Virus record (IMG/VR): IMGVR_UViG_3300032163_000003
Coordinates: 46,070-110,069 of that record
Source of the DNA: a virus
Length of the DNA: 64,000 bases
Reading direction: 5' to 3' (one strand)
Under the pieces are notes generated by a model that had not been told where the DNA came from, did not search any database, and saw nothing but the letters and a program-made list of their open reading frames with translations. Below, piece by piece: positions 39,090-48,952 of the stretch (positions are counted from its first letter, which is position 1; each line of letters begins with the position of its first letter). The position numbers were made by a program, and so were the translations under genes.

Positions 39090-39684
39090 TAAACTTTTCT
39101 AAGAATTCTTTTTCATATTTTTCTACTTTTTCAATTATTACTTCTTTAAACTTACAATGTATATACTTATGATGAGTTGGACAAAGAGGAATCAAATTTT
39201 CCGGATTTATATTTTGTTTATTTTCGTCTAAGTGATGAACATCAACAATAAGATTCTCTTCACATATTATGCATTTTTTTTCATGAAATTGAAAGCAAAC
39301 TTCTCTATACTTATACTTTCCATTATCCTCTTCATAGTTTTTGTTGAAAAACCTCCTGGCGCATCTATTAGAACATGTTTCAGTTAAAGTATAATATTTT
39401 ATAGGTTTTTCACAAATTGGGCAAAGTTTTAAATTTTTAGGGTTTAAGTAGCATGTTTCAGAATGTTTACTAATATTGGATGAAGTTTTTTCTTTTTTAC
39501 AAAATTCACACGGAACTTTTTTATATTGTCCATTGCTTTTAGTCCCATTCTTATACATTTGAAACTGACGTTCTGAATTCTTTTTTCTTAAAGATGGACA
39601 TCGTTGATAAATTTCATTACAACACATCTTTCCACTTTTTAGTTGATAAATCCCTTCTCTTCCACACCCATATTGACATAACAT
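39052..39684 (-). CDS. HNH homing endonuclease with CxYGCG module; stop in tRNA-Thr anticodon loop
   Basis: MLCQYGCGREG; VDVHHLDEN..N....NLIPLCPTHH. Confidence 0.85.
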   Translation of the reverse strand: MLCQYGCGREGIYQLKSGKMCCNEIYQRCPSLRKKNSERQFQMYKNGTKSNGQYKKVPCEFCKKEKTSSNISKHSETCYLNPKNLKLCPICEKPIKYYTLTETCSNRCARRFFNKNYEEDNGKYKYREVCFQFHEKKCIICEENLIVDVHHLDENKQNINPENLIPLCPTHHKYIHCKFKEVIIEKVEKYEKEFLEKFSHYNLDGKMVDL

Positions 39685-39763
39685 GGTGTATTCCTCTCTA
39701 TTTAGATCTTTATTATATGTTCTAACTTAAGGAGAAATTGGTAGAGTGCCAGATCTTCAACTC

Positions 39764-39800
39764 TACCAATCAACCGTTCCTATCATTAGACAATTCGGGC
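39764..39800 (-). pseudogene. Orphan 5' half of tRNA-Thr(GGU), broken after position 37
   Basis: GCCCGAA TT GTCTAATGATAGGAAC G GTTGA TT GGT A, overlapping an 11-bp inverted repeat (39737..39770). Confidence 0.7.
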
Positions 39801-40056
39801 TTTTATCTTTTAATTCTTTCAGAAGCATCCAACACTTCTGACAATTCTTTTCCGATTAAGTCACTCGAACTTTTATCTTTTACTTCTGCTAGAGGTTTTG
39901 CGCACCAAGGACAAAACTTAAAAACTTTTCCTGTGTACTTTGTTCCCCAAGAATGAATAGTTGGAGACACCATTACTTGAGCTGATATTATCTGGGGCAT
40001 TCCAATTTTAAAATCTTTACAATCACATTCCATACCCACAGTTTTCTCCTTTTAGA

Positions 40057-40124
40057 AAAGGGTGGGGAGATTTTACTCCCATCTTCTCATCTACCAGATG
40101 AGGCTTTAATTAAGCTACACCCTT
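40057..40124 (-). tRNA. Minimal non-canonical tRNA-like gene, GGU (Thr) anticodon
   Basis: AAGGGTG/CACCCTT, GCTT/AAGC, CTCAT-CT GGT AG-ATGAG, GGGAG TAAAAT CTCCC. Confidence 0.6.
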
Positions 40125-40126
40125 GT

Positions 40127-40202
40127 TGGTCGGGGTGGCAGGACTTGAACCTGCGACATCTCGGTCCCAGGCCGAGGACTCTACCAACTGAGCTACACCC
40201 CG
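40127..40202 (-). tRNA. tRNA-Pro(UGG) with C33
   Basis: C1:G72, A73 CCA; CTCGG-CC TGG GA-CCGAG. Confidence 0.88.
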
Positions 40203-40207
40203 ATAGT

Positions 40208-40675
40208 TTAACAAATCTTAAATCCACCACAATCCAAAAGAAAGTTTCGAAACTCCTTTACATTTTCCTCGCTGAATGGATATTCAACATCGAGAGCCTC
40301 CCTTTTCCCTTTTCCTTTACACCCGTTACATTCCATATCTCCTGGACCAATATTTGGTGGGGGTTGTCTCTTTCCTGTACCTCCACAAACAGTACAATCT
40401 TCTAGAGGAATCTCCTCTAACATTTTGATATACTCTACCTCATACTTTTTCACTTCACCTGAATCTAAAAGTTCTGTGAGTCTTTTACTCAGTGCGAGAG
40501 ACCTAGTGCAATTTAGACCCCACCCATCATTACTATGTCCACCGTTGTCTTTTGAAATTAAGTCTGGTGCTGCTTGTACACAATAGTTCCATAAAGGTCT
40601 CCACCACCAAACATTGTTTCTAAAATATTCTCCAGTCTTAGATTTTGGTTTTCTTCCGTAAACATCCATTCCCAT
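40208..40675 (-). CDS. Conserved-looking phage protein with inserted DnaJ-type Zn finger
   Basis: MGMDVYG...YFRNNVWWWRPLW; CTVCGGTG...CNGCKGKG. Confidence 0.55.
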   Translation of the reverse strand: MGMDVYGRKPKSKTGEYFRNNVWWWRPLWNYCVQAAPDLISKDNGGHSNDGWGLNCTRSLALSKRLTELLDSGEVKKYEVEYIKMLEEIPLEDCTVCGGTGKRQPPPNIGPGDMECNGCKGKGKREALDVEYPFSEENVKEFRNFLLDCGGFKIC

Positions 40676-41099
40676 TATTCATCATCCTCTTTTCTATCAG
40701 TTAAAAGTTCAAAAGATTTGGCGTTCTCCAACGAAGAAGGGTATGAACCACCAAGACGCCTAAAAAATATCTGCTCTCCTTTGATGTTATATTGATACTC
40801 TGCCCAATCTCCGTAATGTTCTATATCACCAATTTCATAATCATCTGAGCAAATTATATTACCTCTTCTAGTACCATTTTTAATTTCTTGTTCTGTCAAT
40901 GAATGTTTTTTAGTTAATTCTTCTACACGTTCTTTATTTAATTCTTCCCTAATGGTTTTGTCTGCGAAATCGATTGAATGTTTCTTAGCAACAACAATGA
41001 TACTTTTCAGACTTTTGTCACATTCAAGAAGATCTATTCCTAACGAGCCAGGATATCCATCCCAGTGGGTAGCAATCATTAGTTTATCATCTATTGAAA

Positions 41100-41336
41100 T
41101 TATTGCTCTTGTTCCAATATCCACGGAATTCCTTTCTTCTCAAACTCTCTAATATTCTTGACTCGACTTTCAATAATATCATAAGAAAATCTAGCTCCAA
41201 AAATTTTTTGAATCCAGTCAAGACTTCCTACACCCCAACAAGTTTGACAAAGGATTCCCATTGGTTTGTTTTCATAACTTTTCAATAAGAATCCTTTGCC
41301 ATTACATCTTTCACAAATTTGCTCGTAGATTTCCAT
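41100..41336 (-). CDS. CxxCxGxG/DW family protein
   Basis: MEIYEQICERCNGKG...CQTCWGVGSLDWI. Confidence 0.65.
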   Translation of the reverse strand: MEIYEQICERCNGKGFLLKSYENKPMGILCQTCWGVGSLDWIQKIFGARFSYDIIESRVKNIREFEKKGIPWILEQEQ

Positions 41337-41341
41337 TATAT

Positions 41342-41695
41342 CTACTCCATAATCTTTTTCACTATCTCGATTGGATCTCCAAGAGTTTTTCTTAGTTCTT
41401 TTGCTCTTTCTTGTTTCTCTTTGTACTTCTTTCTCAGTTCATCTAATCTTTCCTCTTTGGTTCTAGGATATGAATTAAAGACAGGAATTCCTTCTAAGTT
41501 CAGTTTCCATGAATTCCGACGTCTCTTTTTAAGAACATCAAAAGACCACTTTACACCCATAACTCTTTGAACCCAATCAATACTTCCAGCACCAAGACAA
41601 ACTTTGCAGAGGACACCTATCTTTTCGCCTTTACAGTCTTGAATTAGGTATCCTCTGCCATTACATTTATCACAAATTTGGTCATAAATTTCCAT
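41342..41695 (-). CDS. CxxCxGxG/DW family protein
   Basis: MEIYDQICDKCNGRG...CKVCLGAGSIDWV. Confidence 0.65.
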   Translation of the reverse strand: MEIYDQICDKCNGRGYLIQDCKGEKIGVLCKVCLGAGSIDWVQRVMGVKWSFDVLKKRRRNSWKLNLEGIPVFNSYPRTKEERLDELRKKYKEKQERAKELRKTLGDPIEIVKKIME

Positions 41696-41698
41696 GAG

Positions 41699-44600
41699 TT
41701 AATCCTTACTATCTAACCCGATTACTTGTAAATACTTGTCAAATAATTTCACAGATTCGGGCACTTTATCTAAAGTTTCTGGTTTCCTGATAAACTCAGA
41801 TTCAACTACAGAACGTATATAGTCATTCTTTAAGTCTGTGCAATCTGACTTGGTAGTTAAAAACTCATGTAAGTTATATGTTGAGCCATGCGCAATCAAA
41901 CATGCTGTTTCCATTTCACCGCATCTTTGTCCACCTCGATTTTTTCTACCACCAAGAGGTTGTAGGGTTCTTTTATTGTAAACTCCAATTCCTCTTCCTG
42001 CTAATTTGGTCTCAGCAATATGGATCATTTTGAAGAAATACATATATCCGACTGCTATTGGATTTAAGACCCAACGATTAGAAATCGAGTCAAACATCTT
42101 ATACTCTGACGGTGTATTTGTATACTCCAATGCTTTCAAAACCATCTCTGCTGTGGTAGATTCAAACGGTGGTTCTACAACTGACAATTTATAAATGAAT
42201 GTTTCATCCACAGTGGTTTTATTTAATTGTTCTTCGAACTGCTTATAGTACCAGTTATCTTCTGTATTATCAATAATTTTTATGTAATCTAAGATGTATT
42301 TCTTTAATTCTTCTTGAGTCTTTTCTTCTGTTAACATAGTAACCAACTGCCGTTTCAAATCAACCAAAGACATCCCAAGATGTAGTTCAAAGATCTGACC
42401 TAAGTTCATTCTGGATATAACACTCAATGGACTGATGCAAATATCTACATATTTTCCATCTTCCATTCGTGGCATTTTTTCTTTTGGAAGAATTTTAACT
42501 ACACCTTTATTTCCGTGACGATTCCCAATTTTATCGCCAACTTCAATCTTTCTCATGTAGATTCCATACATCTCTACATAAACACCTTTAACTTCTTCTC
42601 CTTTGATTTTGTATTTTCTTCCTTTTTCTGTCTTAGAGAACATATTCAAATTATTCTCTTTTAGGAATTTTTTTACATCTTCTGGTGGTAAATGTTCCAA
42701 CAGAGTTTCTTCAATTTTCTTTTCTTCCTCTAGTTGTTTTTCTTTTATCTGTTCCACCCACTTATTATACTCTGGAATTGACCTGTTCCAATTATTTGGA
42801 TAAACTTTTAAATGAAATACGTACGCTGGTTTGTTAAATGAGTGTTTCGTTTCTTCTTCAAAAATAGACGAAAAGTTAACTGGTCCATCTGGTATTTCTT
42901 TCATGACTGCGTATGGAATATTTTCTTGGATGGCTGCTAGTTTAACTCTTTCGTTCTTATTATCTTCTCGATCTAGAATAGGAAGAGGTGTATACTTCTT
43001 TCTGTCAACACTCAAATCTAGAAGAACTTTATTCGGTGGTATTTCAAAAGACAAGTCAACAAAGTGCACGGAAGTAAACATTTGTTCTTGGACTCGTTCG
43101 GAAATGATAATTGAGTCCTCATAATTAAGTCCATGATATGGCATTACCGCTGTTAAATAGTTTCTTCCAAACTTTATTTGACCATTCTCGCAGAAGTTAC
43201 TTTCCGCTAGAATTTGTCCAGCTTTAACTCTTTCTCCAAGTTTAACATATGATGTCATGTAGTCTATATTTTCTACATGTGTATTTCTTATCGATATGTC
43301 AAAGGTATCATAGTCTTTATCGTCATATAAAAGAACTAAAAATTCGTCGTTCAAGAAGATAACTTGCCCATCTTTTCTAGCTACTTTTATGAACTGAGTC
43401 TTGTCAGTATATAACCGCTCGCAACCAGACTCAACCAATGGAAGTTCCGGTTTTTCTAACATAATCGCCTGTCTCATTTGAGAAGACGCCATTTGTAATC
43501 TGGTCTGGTCGTCATGTTCAGAAAATGGAACCATCGAAACCGGAATGGAGATAGTAGATTTCTCTTCTAGTTCTTCAGAAAATCTAAGATTAGGATCTAG
43601 TTTCGTATTAACTAAAAGGTTCTGCAGAACTCCACAGTTTTCCCTATCTGGTGTATCTACTGGACAAATTCTTCCAAACATTGATGGCCACAAGTCCCGT
43701 AAATGAACCGGAACATTTTCTTTTGTAAAACCATCTGGACCAACTAAACTTATTCTAGTTAGTTTAGATAACTCGTCAATCGGATTGATTGAAAAATCAA
43801 ACTGAATTATATTTGAGACGTTACAATCTTGGATGATTTGCTTTGAATTTACATTAAATTTTGGACTGCTTGATTTGAAGCACGCCAAACATAAGTTAAA
43901 CAAGTTCTTTGCAATTTTGGATAAAACTACATACTCAAAGCATCTAATTCTTTTATTTCTATAATCTTTATCGTCAACTGGATTTGAAATCGCATATAAC
44001 AGTTCTTCTATAACAGAATCTTTATGGAAAAACTGACTGCTCATTAAGTCAATTCTAGGAAGAAGATCTAAGGAGTATATTATTTTCTCCCCCCTTGTTA
44101 GGGGATCGATCGTTGAGTAATTTTTTCCTACATCGGTAATGAAATCTTCTTTACTATATCCAACTGATGATTCGTGATAAACTTTTAAGTCATATAAAAG
44201 TTTATCAGCGATGGAACTAGAATCTGTAATTATTGGCGCCTCAATTTTGTCTAATTCAAATCTTTTTTCAATTTCTTCGTATCCATAATATGCGAATAGA
44301 AGAATTGCAAAAGGAATTTTCTTACCCAAAATTGTTACATAGACGTAATCTACAAAAGTTGAGTCTGGCTCTTTTCTATGAGAAACCATTATAGTTCCAA
44401 CATTCGTTCTTAGTTTAATATCAGCTCCTCTTGTAACAATTGGAATATCAAACAACTGGAAAATTGGAACCTTCTTCTTTCCAGAAACTTTGATATAGTT
44501 TCCATCAACCAGTTTTGGAATCGCCATGGACAAATCAAAGTCGTGATTCCCTTTGCCAAGTAAAATAACTATACTTTTCTTTAAAGTTTTTTCAAGTTCG

Positions 44601-44773
44601 TCTGTTGATGGTCTTAAATCTTTAATCTCAAACTCTTTAATTACAAAACCAGAATCTTCTACTGGTCTTAGCATTTCTCGAATCTTGTCTTTTAGCTCGA
44701 GATATTCCTGTTCTCTAATTTTGAAAATATCTAAACTATTTTTTATTACAAAATTTGGATTTACTATTTTCAA
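41699..44773 (-). CDS. rpoB: Phage multisubunit RNA polymerase beta subunit
   Basis: GRICPVDTPDRENCG, PFSEHDD.TR..MASSQMRQA, NYEDSI, GDKIGNRHGNKG, GGQRCGEME. Confidence 0.95.
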   Translation of the reverse strand: MKIVNPNFVIKNSLDIFKIREQEYLELKDKIREMLRPVEDSGFVIKEFEIKDLRPSTDELEKTLKKSIVILLGKGNHDFDLSMAIPKLVDGNYIKVSGKKKVPIFQLFDIPIVTRGADIKLRTNVGTIMVSHRKEPDSTFVDYVYVTILGKKIPFAILLFAYYGYEEIEKRFELDKIEAPIITDSSSIADKLLYDLKVYHESSVGYSKEDFITDVGKNYSTIDPLTRGEKIIYSLDLLPRIDLMSSQFFHKDSVIEELLYAISNPVDDKDYRNKRIRCFEYVVLSKIAKNLFNLCLACFKSSSPKFNVNSKQIIQDCNVSNIIQFDFSINPIDELSKLTRISLVGPDGFTKENVPVHLRDLWPSMFGRICPVDTPDRENCGVLQNLLVNTKLDPNLRFSEELEEKSTISIPVSMVPFSEHDDQTRLQMASSQMRQAIMLEKPELPLVESGCERLYTDKTQFIKVARKDGQVIFLNDEFLVLLYDDKDYDTFDISIRNTHVENIDYMTSYVKLGERVKAGQILAESNFCENGQIKFGRNYLTAVMPYHGLNYEDSIIISERVQEQMFTSVHFVDLSFEIPPNKVLLDLSVDRKKYTPLPILDREDNKNERVKLAAIQENIPYAVMKEIPDGPVNFSSIFEEETKHSFNKPAYVFHLKVYPNNWNRSIPEYNKWVEQIKEKQLEEEKKIEETLLEHLPPEDVKKFLKENNLNMFSKTEKGRKYKIKGEEVKGVYVEMYGIYMRKIEVGDKIGNRHGNKGVVKILPKEKMPRMEDGKYVDICISPLSVISRMNLGQIFELHLGMSLVDLKRQLVTMLTEEKTQEELKKYILDYIKIIDNTEDNWYYKQFEEQLNKTTVDETFIYKLSVVEPPFESTTAEMVLKALEYTNTPSEYKMFDSISNRWVLNPIAVGYMYFFKMIHIAETKLAGRGIGVYNKRTLQPLGGRKNRGGQRCGEMETACLIAHGSTYNLHEFLTTKSDCTDLKNDYIRSVVESEFIRKPETLDKVPESVKLFDKYLQVIGLDSKD

Positions 44774-45908
44774 TAGTTGAGTCTCCTTTCTGGAGAAGAG
44801 TTGTTAGTTCTAATTTACTACTAACAACTCTTTTTTGTTTTACAATATTTTTAAAGAAACTTTCTAATTCTACTGATTTTATTTCTTTAATTAACTTTTT
44901 AAGAGAAATTGAGCAATTCTCTCGCTTACTTTTATTAGATAATTCTGGTATTACTTCTAAATTCTTCCAGTGACTTATTATTTTAGGGTGTACCTTATTT
45001 TTGAATCCCTGAAATATTGAGAATTTGTGGTCCAAGTTGTTGGTTTTACTTCGTAAACTAGAATGTGGAATTTTATCTTTATGTAGTTTGAAAGAGATAT
45101 AAGTTTCTTTTTCTACATCTTGTTTATATCTTGCGTAGATAGATAGTATTTCTGGATCTTTCTTTCTATAGTACTGAGGACAGGTTTTCTTACAAATATT
45201 TGAGCAATACATAAATCCATGTCCATATCGTTTATCTTTTACTTGTAAGGTTTTAGCTCTCCAGTAAATTTGATATGATGCTGGTTCAAACCAAGTTCTA
45301 CACACTTTACATCTAACTAAGATCTTTCCGTTTTCTTCTTTAATCTCCTCAAATTCAGAAAACCATGGATATCGTTTTGAGAACCTTTTGAATGTAAGTT
45401 TTGCTTGTTTCTTTCCCTTCATTCTAATGCTAATAGAAAGTTTAATCTCATCAGTATGTGTTTTATTAAACATTGGATGATTAAATCCAACCATTTTTCC
45501 TTTAACTCCAGCACCAATCTTTAATTTAATTATTGGGCATGAATTCTGAATTTCTGAACAACACAATTTTTCATTTTTTAGTTTGTATTTGGCAACATTT
45601 CCACAACCATAAAAACATAATATATTTTCTGTATTTTCGAGCTTGCAGCTTTTGTGTCGATTCCCTGTTTTCTTTCCTTCATGTTTTTCTCGATTTTTCT
45701 TTTTTGATTCTTTAGTGTGGTGCTTTCCATACATTGAATTCTTAGACCCTGGATTTCCGTATAACTTTCTAACAGATGAACATTTTCTGTAACTTTCACT
45801 GCAGCAAAATTTCTCTTGTAGTCCAACTTTAAACTTTGCCAACTGTCCACACCCATATCCACAGTAAATAGTTCCATCATTTTCAATTTTATAACTAATT
45901 TCCTTCAT
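44736..45908 (-). CDS. Homing endonuclease between the RNAP genes (two CxYGCG modules, NUMOD3-like repeats, HNH-like domain)
   Basis: CGYGCGQ and CFYGCGN; N.MYGKHHT.ESK; LDHKFSI...NL..IP...N..K. Confidence 0.75.
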   Translation of the reverse strand: MKEISYKIENDGTIYCGYGCGQLAKFKVGLQEKFCCSESYRKCSSVRKLYGNPGSKNSMYGKHHTKESKKKNREKHEGKKTGNRHKSCKLENTENILCFYGCGNVAKYKLKNEKLCCSEIQNSCPIIKLKIGAGVKGKMVGFNHPMFNKTHTDEIKLSISIRMKGKKQAKLTFKRFSKRYPWFSEFEEIKEENGKILVRCKVCRTWFEPASYQIYWRAKTLQVKDKRYGHGFMYCSNICKKTCPQYYRKKDPEILSIYARYKQDVEKETYISFKLHKDKIPHSSLRSKTNNLDHKFSIFQGFKNKVHPKIISHWKNLEVIPELSNKSKRENCSISLKKLIKEIKSVELESFFKNIVKQKRVVSSKLELTTLLQKGDSTIENSKSKFCNKK

Positions 45909-48628
45909 TAAATTATCTCTCCACGAAGGATTTTATTTAGAATACCTTTATATTCTCCAGAATAAAGAATTCCTTGTAGAATATGTTTCTTTGGGTCAGA
46001 AAATCCAACACCGAGAAGCCAGTTTTCTTTTTCTGGAACGCTTTGTACACTATAAAAGATCGGTGCTACTGTATCTCTAACTTCTAGTAATCTCCACTTC
46101 TTATGACCAACCCACATCATCTGCGCAACAATGCATTCAAAATGAACATGGTAAATAGCTCGTTTATCGTTATACACTTTAAATAATTTCGCAACTGTTT
46201 CATGGGGTTTGTGCTTTCCACCAGATTGATGTAATAAATTTGACGCTTCTGACAAATCTGCTACGATATCTTTCTGGACCATTTCACCGTCTTCATCATC
46301 TTCTTTTGTTTGTCCTTTTGTTTTTGCTGCACCGCTTGTGTGGAATGTGCGCAGGATCAACTGCGTATTGGCTTCTCCAAGGCTCTGCGCTGCAATAATC
46401 CCAATATACTTACTATGTAAATTCTTTAGATCGCCATAACACTTTTTACAGACTTCTGGCGATTTACAAAAGATCGGACTTCGAACATAGATAAGTTTGT
46501 TAACGAAAGATACACAATTCTCAGGAGTTATTAGTTCTAACTTTTTATCTTTTGTTATATGGTATTTATAAACTAGCATTTTTGCTTTTCTCTCATCATT
46601 AACATAAACTTCGAGGGTATCTTCAGTTTCACAATCATCTAATGTTTCACTCATCTGCAAATTGGCGCAGGTAAATATTAGTTTTCTAGAAAGATATCCA
46701 GATGCTCCAGTTTTTAAAGCAACATCAAGAAGACCTTTTCTAGACCCATAAGAAGACGTAAAAAATTCTCTTTGAGTAAGTCCGTCTAAATAACTATTCT
46801 TAATTGGAATTGGAACAATCTGACAATCATAATTAGAAACAAATCCTCTAGTTAGAACTATCTGTCGAACTTGTTCCCAACTACCTCTAGCACCAGATTC
46901 TACCATATAAGAATAAGCAAAGTTCTTTTTCAGAAGATTCTCAATTTCCTTACTTTCGATAAGTTGCTGTTGTCCGAACATGTCATCAGCTTCGTATATT
47001 TTATCTCGAATTTTATCATGATCTTTAATTCTACAAGACGCTAGAGACAACGTTGTTCCGAATAATGTCGCATACTCAAAACCAAGTTGTTTGATATTGT
47101 CTAAAACAATTTTAGTAACATCTTCATTGTATTTTTCTTTAACATCAGTAAGGATAGAAATCAACTCTTTCTTTCTTACTGGTTTGTTAACTAAAGGATA
47201 ATCTTTTGGAAGATACTCATTAAACGTATAAATTCCTTCTGTAACTTCTTCCCCTTTATACATTAGTTTTTTCTGTAAGTGCGGAAATTTATTTGCTGTT
47301 AAAGCATAAACTCCAAGAATAATATCTTGACTTGGAAGCGTAGATAACTCTCCATTCGCTGGATTTGTAAGATTTTTAGTAATTAGAAATTTATCTGTTA
47401 TTTCTTGTTTTGCTTCTTGAGTAATTGGAATGTATACGGCCATCTGATCGCCGTCAAAGTCCGCATTATATCCGCTACAAACTAAAGGATGAATTTTAAT
47501 TACGTCATCCATTGTAACTTTAATTTTAAATCCAATCATGCTTAGTCTGTGTAGAGATGGTTGTCTATTTAGTAAACAAACTTCTGTCTCAGCCATCTTT
47601 TCACAAGTTTGAAACAAATCCAAGTTTTTAGAATTTATGGATTCATCGATAAAATCCACCGCTTCATTTAAAAGTTTAAATCTTCCCTGTTCAATTAACT
47701 TTTGTGCAATTGGGAGTTTATAAATCTCCAAGAAAACTAAATACGGTATGTAACACTCATCCAGATTAAGAGTTGGATCTGGTGTAATAATCGCTCTACC
47801 AGAAAAGTCAATTCTTTTACCTAGAATATTTTTCCTAATTAATCCTTCTTTTTTAGAAAGTTTTGAGATAATAAAATCATACAAAGTATCTACTACTTTT
47901 TGAAGCTTACTATAATACGCATAGAATAACTGTGGGCTATTCAATACGTTTACAGCTGTTCGCGCCATAGTAACTTTATTTTGTAGAATGTACATATAGC
48001 ACTGATTGATTGTATCTGCTCTCCAAAAACTTTTCTCAATATCTTTTGTTGTTGGTCTTAAATCTGGTGGTAACACTATGATATAATTAATAATTAACTT
48101 ATCAATATTATTCTTGATGATTCTCCAGTTTCTATCAATTTGTCCTAGTTTAGTAGATGAATCCTTAATCAGTTCATAAACAGCTTCTAATTTATCCCAA
48201 CTTCTTTGCGCCTGTGATGGCACACTTCCGCGATTTGTAATTACCAGTTCTCCATTTGTATCCAAATACAAAACTTTGTCTTCATTTTTCAAAAGACTAT
48301 CAATCATTTCTCTTAACTGGGATTTACTAACACTCATAATCAAATCATAAAACAATGGATTGATTACTGGGATTGGAAGTACAATTCTAGCAAATCTTTT
48401 CCTTCTTTCATCTGCACTTACAATATCTACATGACAGATGCTACAAGTTCCACCCGATTTTGAAATTCCATGATATGTACCGCATTGACAAGTATAATTT
48501 TTTAATGGTCCAAAAATCTGCTCAGAAAATAATCCTTCTGGGTGGAACTTCTTTTTATTCATGACTTTTTCTGTAGTGACTTCTTTTAAGTCTTTACAAA
48601 ATTCATTAATATCAAGAAGTTTTGGCAT
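45908..48628 (-). CDS. rpoC: Phage multisubunit RNA polymerase beta' subunit
   Basis: GLFSEQIFGP, Zn finger, LPPDLRP, LGKRIDFSGRA, LNRQPSLHR, NADFDGDQM, SGYLSRKL, LRTFHT. Confidence 0.96.
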   Translation of the reverse strand: MPKLLDINEFCKDLKEVTTEKVMNKKKFHPEGLFSEQIFGPLKNYTCQCGTYHGISKSGGTCSICHVDIVSADERRKRFARIVLPIPVINPLFYDLIMSVSKSQLREMIDSLLKNEDKVLYLDTNGELVITNRGSVPSQAQRSWDKLEAVYELIKDSSTKLGQIDRNWRIIKNNIDKLIINYIIVLPPDLRPTTKDIEKSFWRADTINQCYMYILQNKVTMARTAVNVLNSPQLFYAYYSKLQKVVDTLYDFIISKLSKKEGLIRKNILGKRIDFSGRAIITPDPTLNLDECYIPYLVFLEIYKLPIAQKLIEQGRFKLLNEAVDFIDESINSKNLDLFQTCEKMAETEVCLLNRQPSLHRLSMIGFKIKVTMDDVIKIHPLVCSGYNADFDGDQMAVYIPITQEAKQEITDKFLITKNLTNPANGELSTLPSQDIILGVYALTANKFPHLQKKLMYKGEEVTEGIYTFNEYLPKDYPLVNKPVRKKELISILTDVKEKYNEDVTKIVLDNIKQLGFEYATLFGTTLSLASCRIKDHDKIRDKIYEADDMFGQQQLIESKEIENLLKKNFAYSYMVESGARGSWEQVRQIVLTRGFVSNYDCQIVPIPIKNSYLDGLTQREFFTSSYGSRKGLLDVALKTGASGYLSRKLIFTCANLQMSETLDDCETEDTLEVYVNDERKAKMLVYKYHITKDKKLELITPENCVSFVNKLIYVRSPIFCKSPEVCKKCYGDLKNLHSKYIGIIAAQSLGEANTQLILRTFHTSGAAKTKGQTKEDDEDGEMVQKDIVADLSEASNLLHQSGGKHKPHETVAKLFKVYNDKRAIYHVHFECIVAQMMWVGHKKWRLLEVRDTVAPIFYSVQSVPEKENWLLGVGFSDPKKHILQGILYSGEYKGILNKILRGEII

Positions 48629-48664
48629 TAAGCACTCTCCTTTAGGTTGTTGGTTTATCGTCTG

Positions 48665-48952
48665 TTATTGGTCCAAATCTTCTCTTCTCTGGTTCTCTAC
48701 ATCTTTAAAACTAGATGTGATAACGATTGGTCCTTCTTCTGTTTCTTTTACTAAGTCCCAAGAAATTACATCCATCGCTAATCTTCTTACGAGTTTGTTA
48801 ACTTTGGCTGTAACTATCCTATCAATTTCTGGCAATAAAACTTGCGCAATAATTTTTGCGTCTTCTAACTTAACTTGATTCACATCTTTCGAAACTTCTT
48901 CTTTGATAATTTGCTTTATCTCTTCAAGAACCACGTCATTAAGAAGTGACAT
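48665..48952 (-). CDS. Hypothetical protein
   Basis: Start MSLLND with AGGAGG SD. Confidence 0.55.
   Translation of the reverse strand: MSLLNDVVLEEIKQIIKEEVSKDVNQVKLEDAKIIAQVLLPEIDRIVTAKVNKLVRRLAMDVISWDLVKETEEGPIVITSSFKDVENQRREDLDQ

Noticed and set aside
34867-39800. Group I or BHB introns in tRNA-Ser and tRNA-Thr
   Set aside because: The ORFs fill the inserts with no room for a ribozyme core, there is no U:G 5' splice pair, the stub acceptor strands mismatch the downstream 3' halves, and each downstream tRNA is already complete.
34867-40202. Reading the C33 tRNAs as Phe(GAA), Tyr(GTA) and Pro(GGG) by shifting to CT-NNN
   Set aside because: This breaks the perfect 5-bp stems and 7-nt loop geometry, and conflicts with the Ser and Thr identity elements.
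41699-48628. Cellular rpoBC locus
   Set aside because: Reversed order, reduced size, no ribosomal protein genes nearby, and a phage-like gene neighbourhood.
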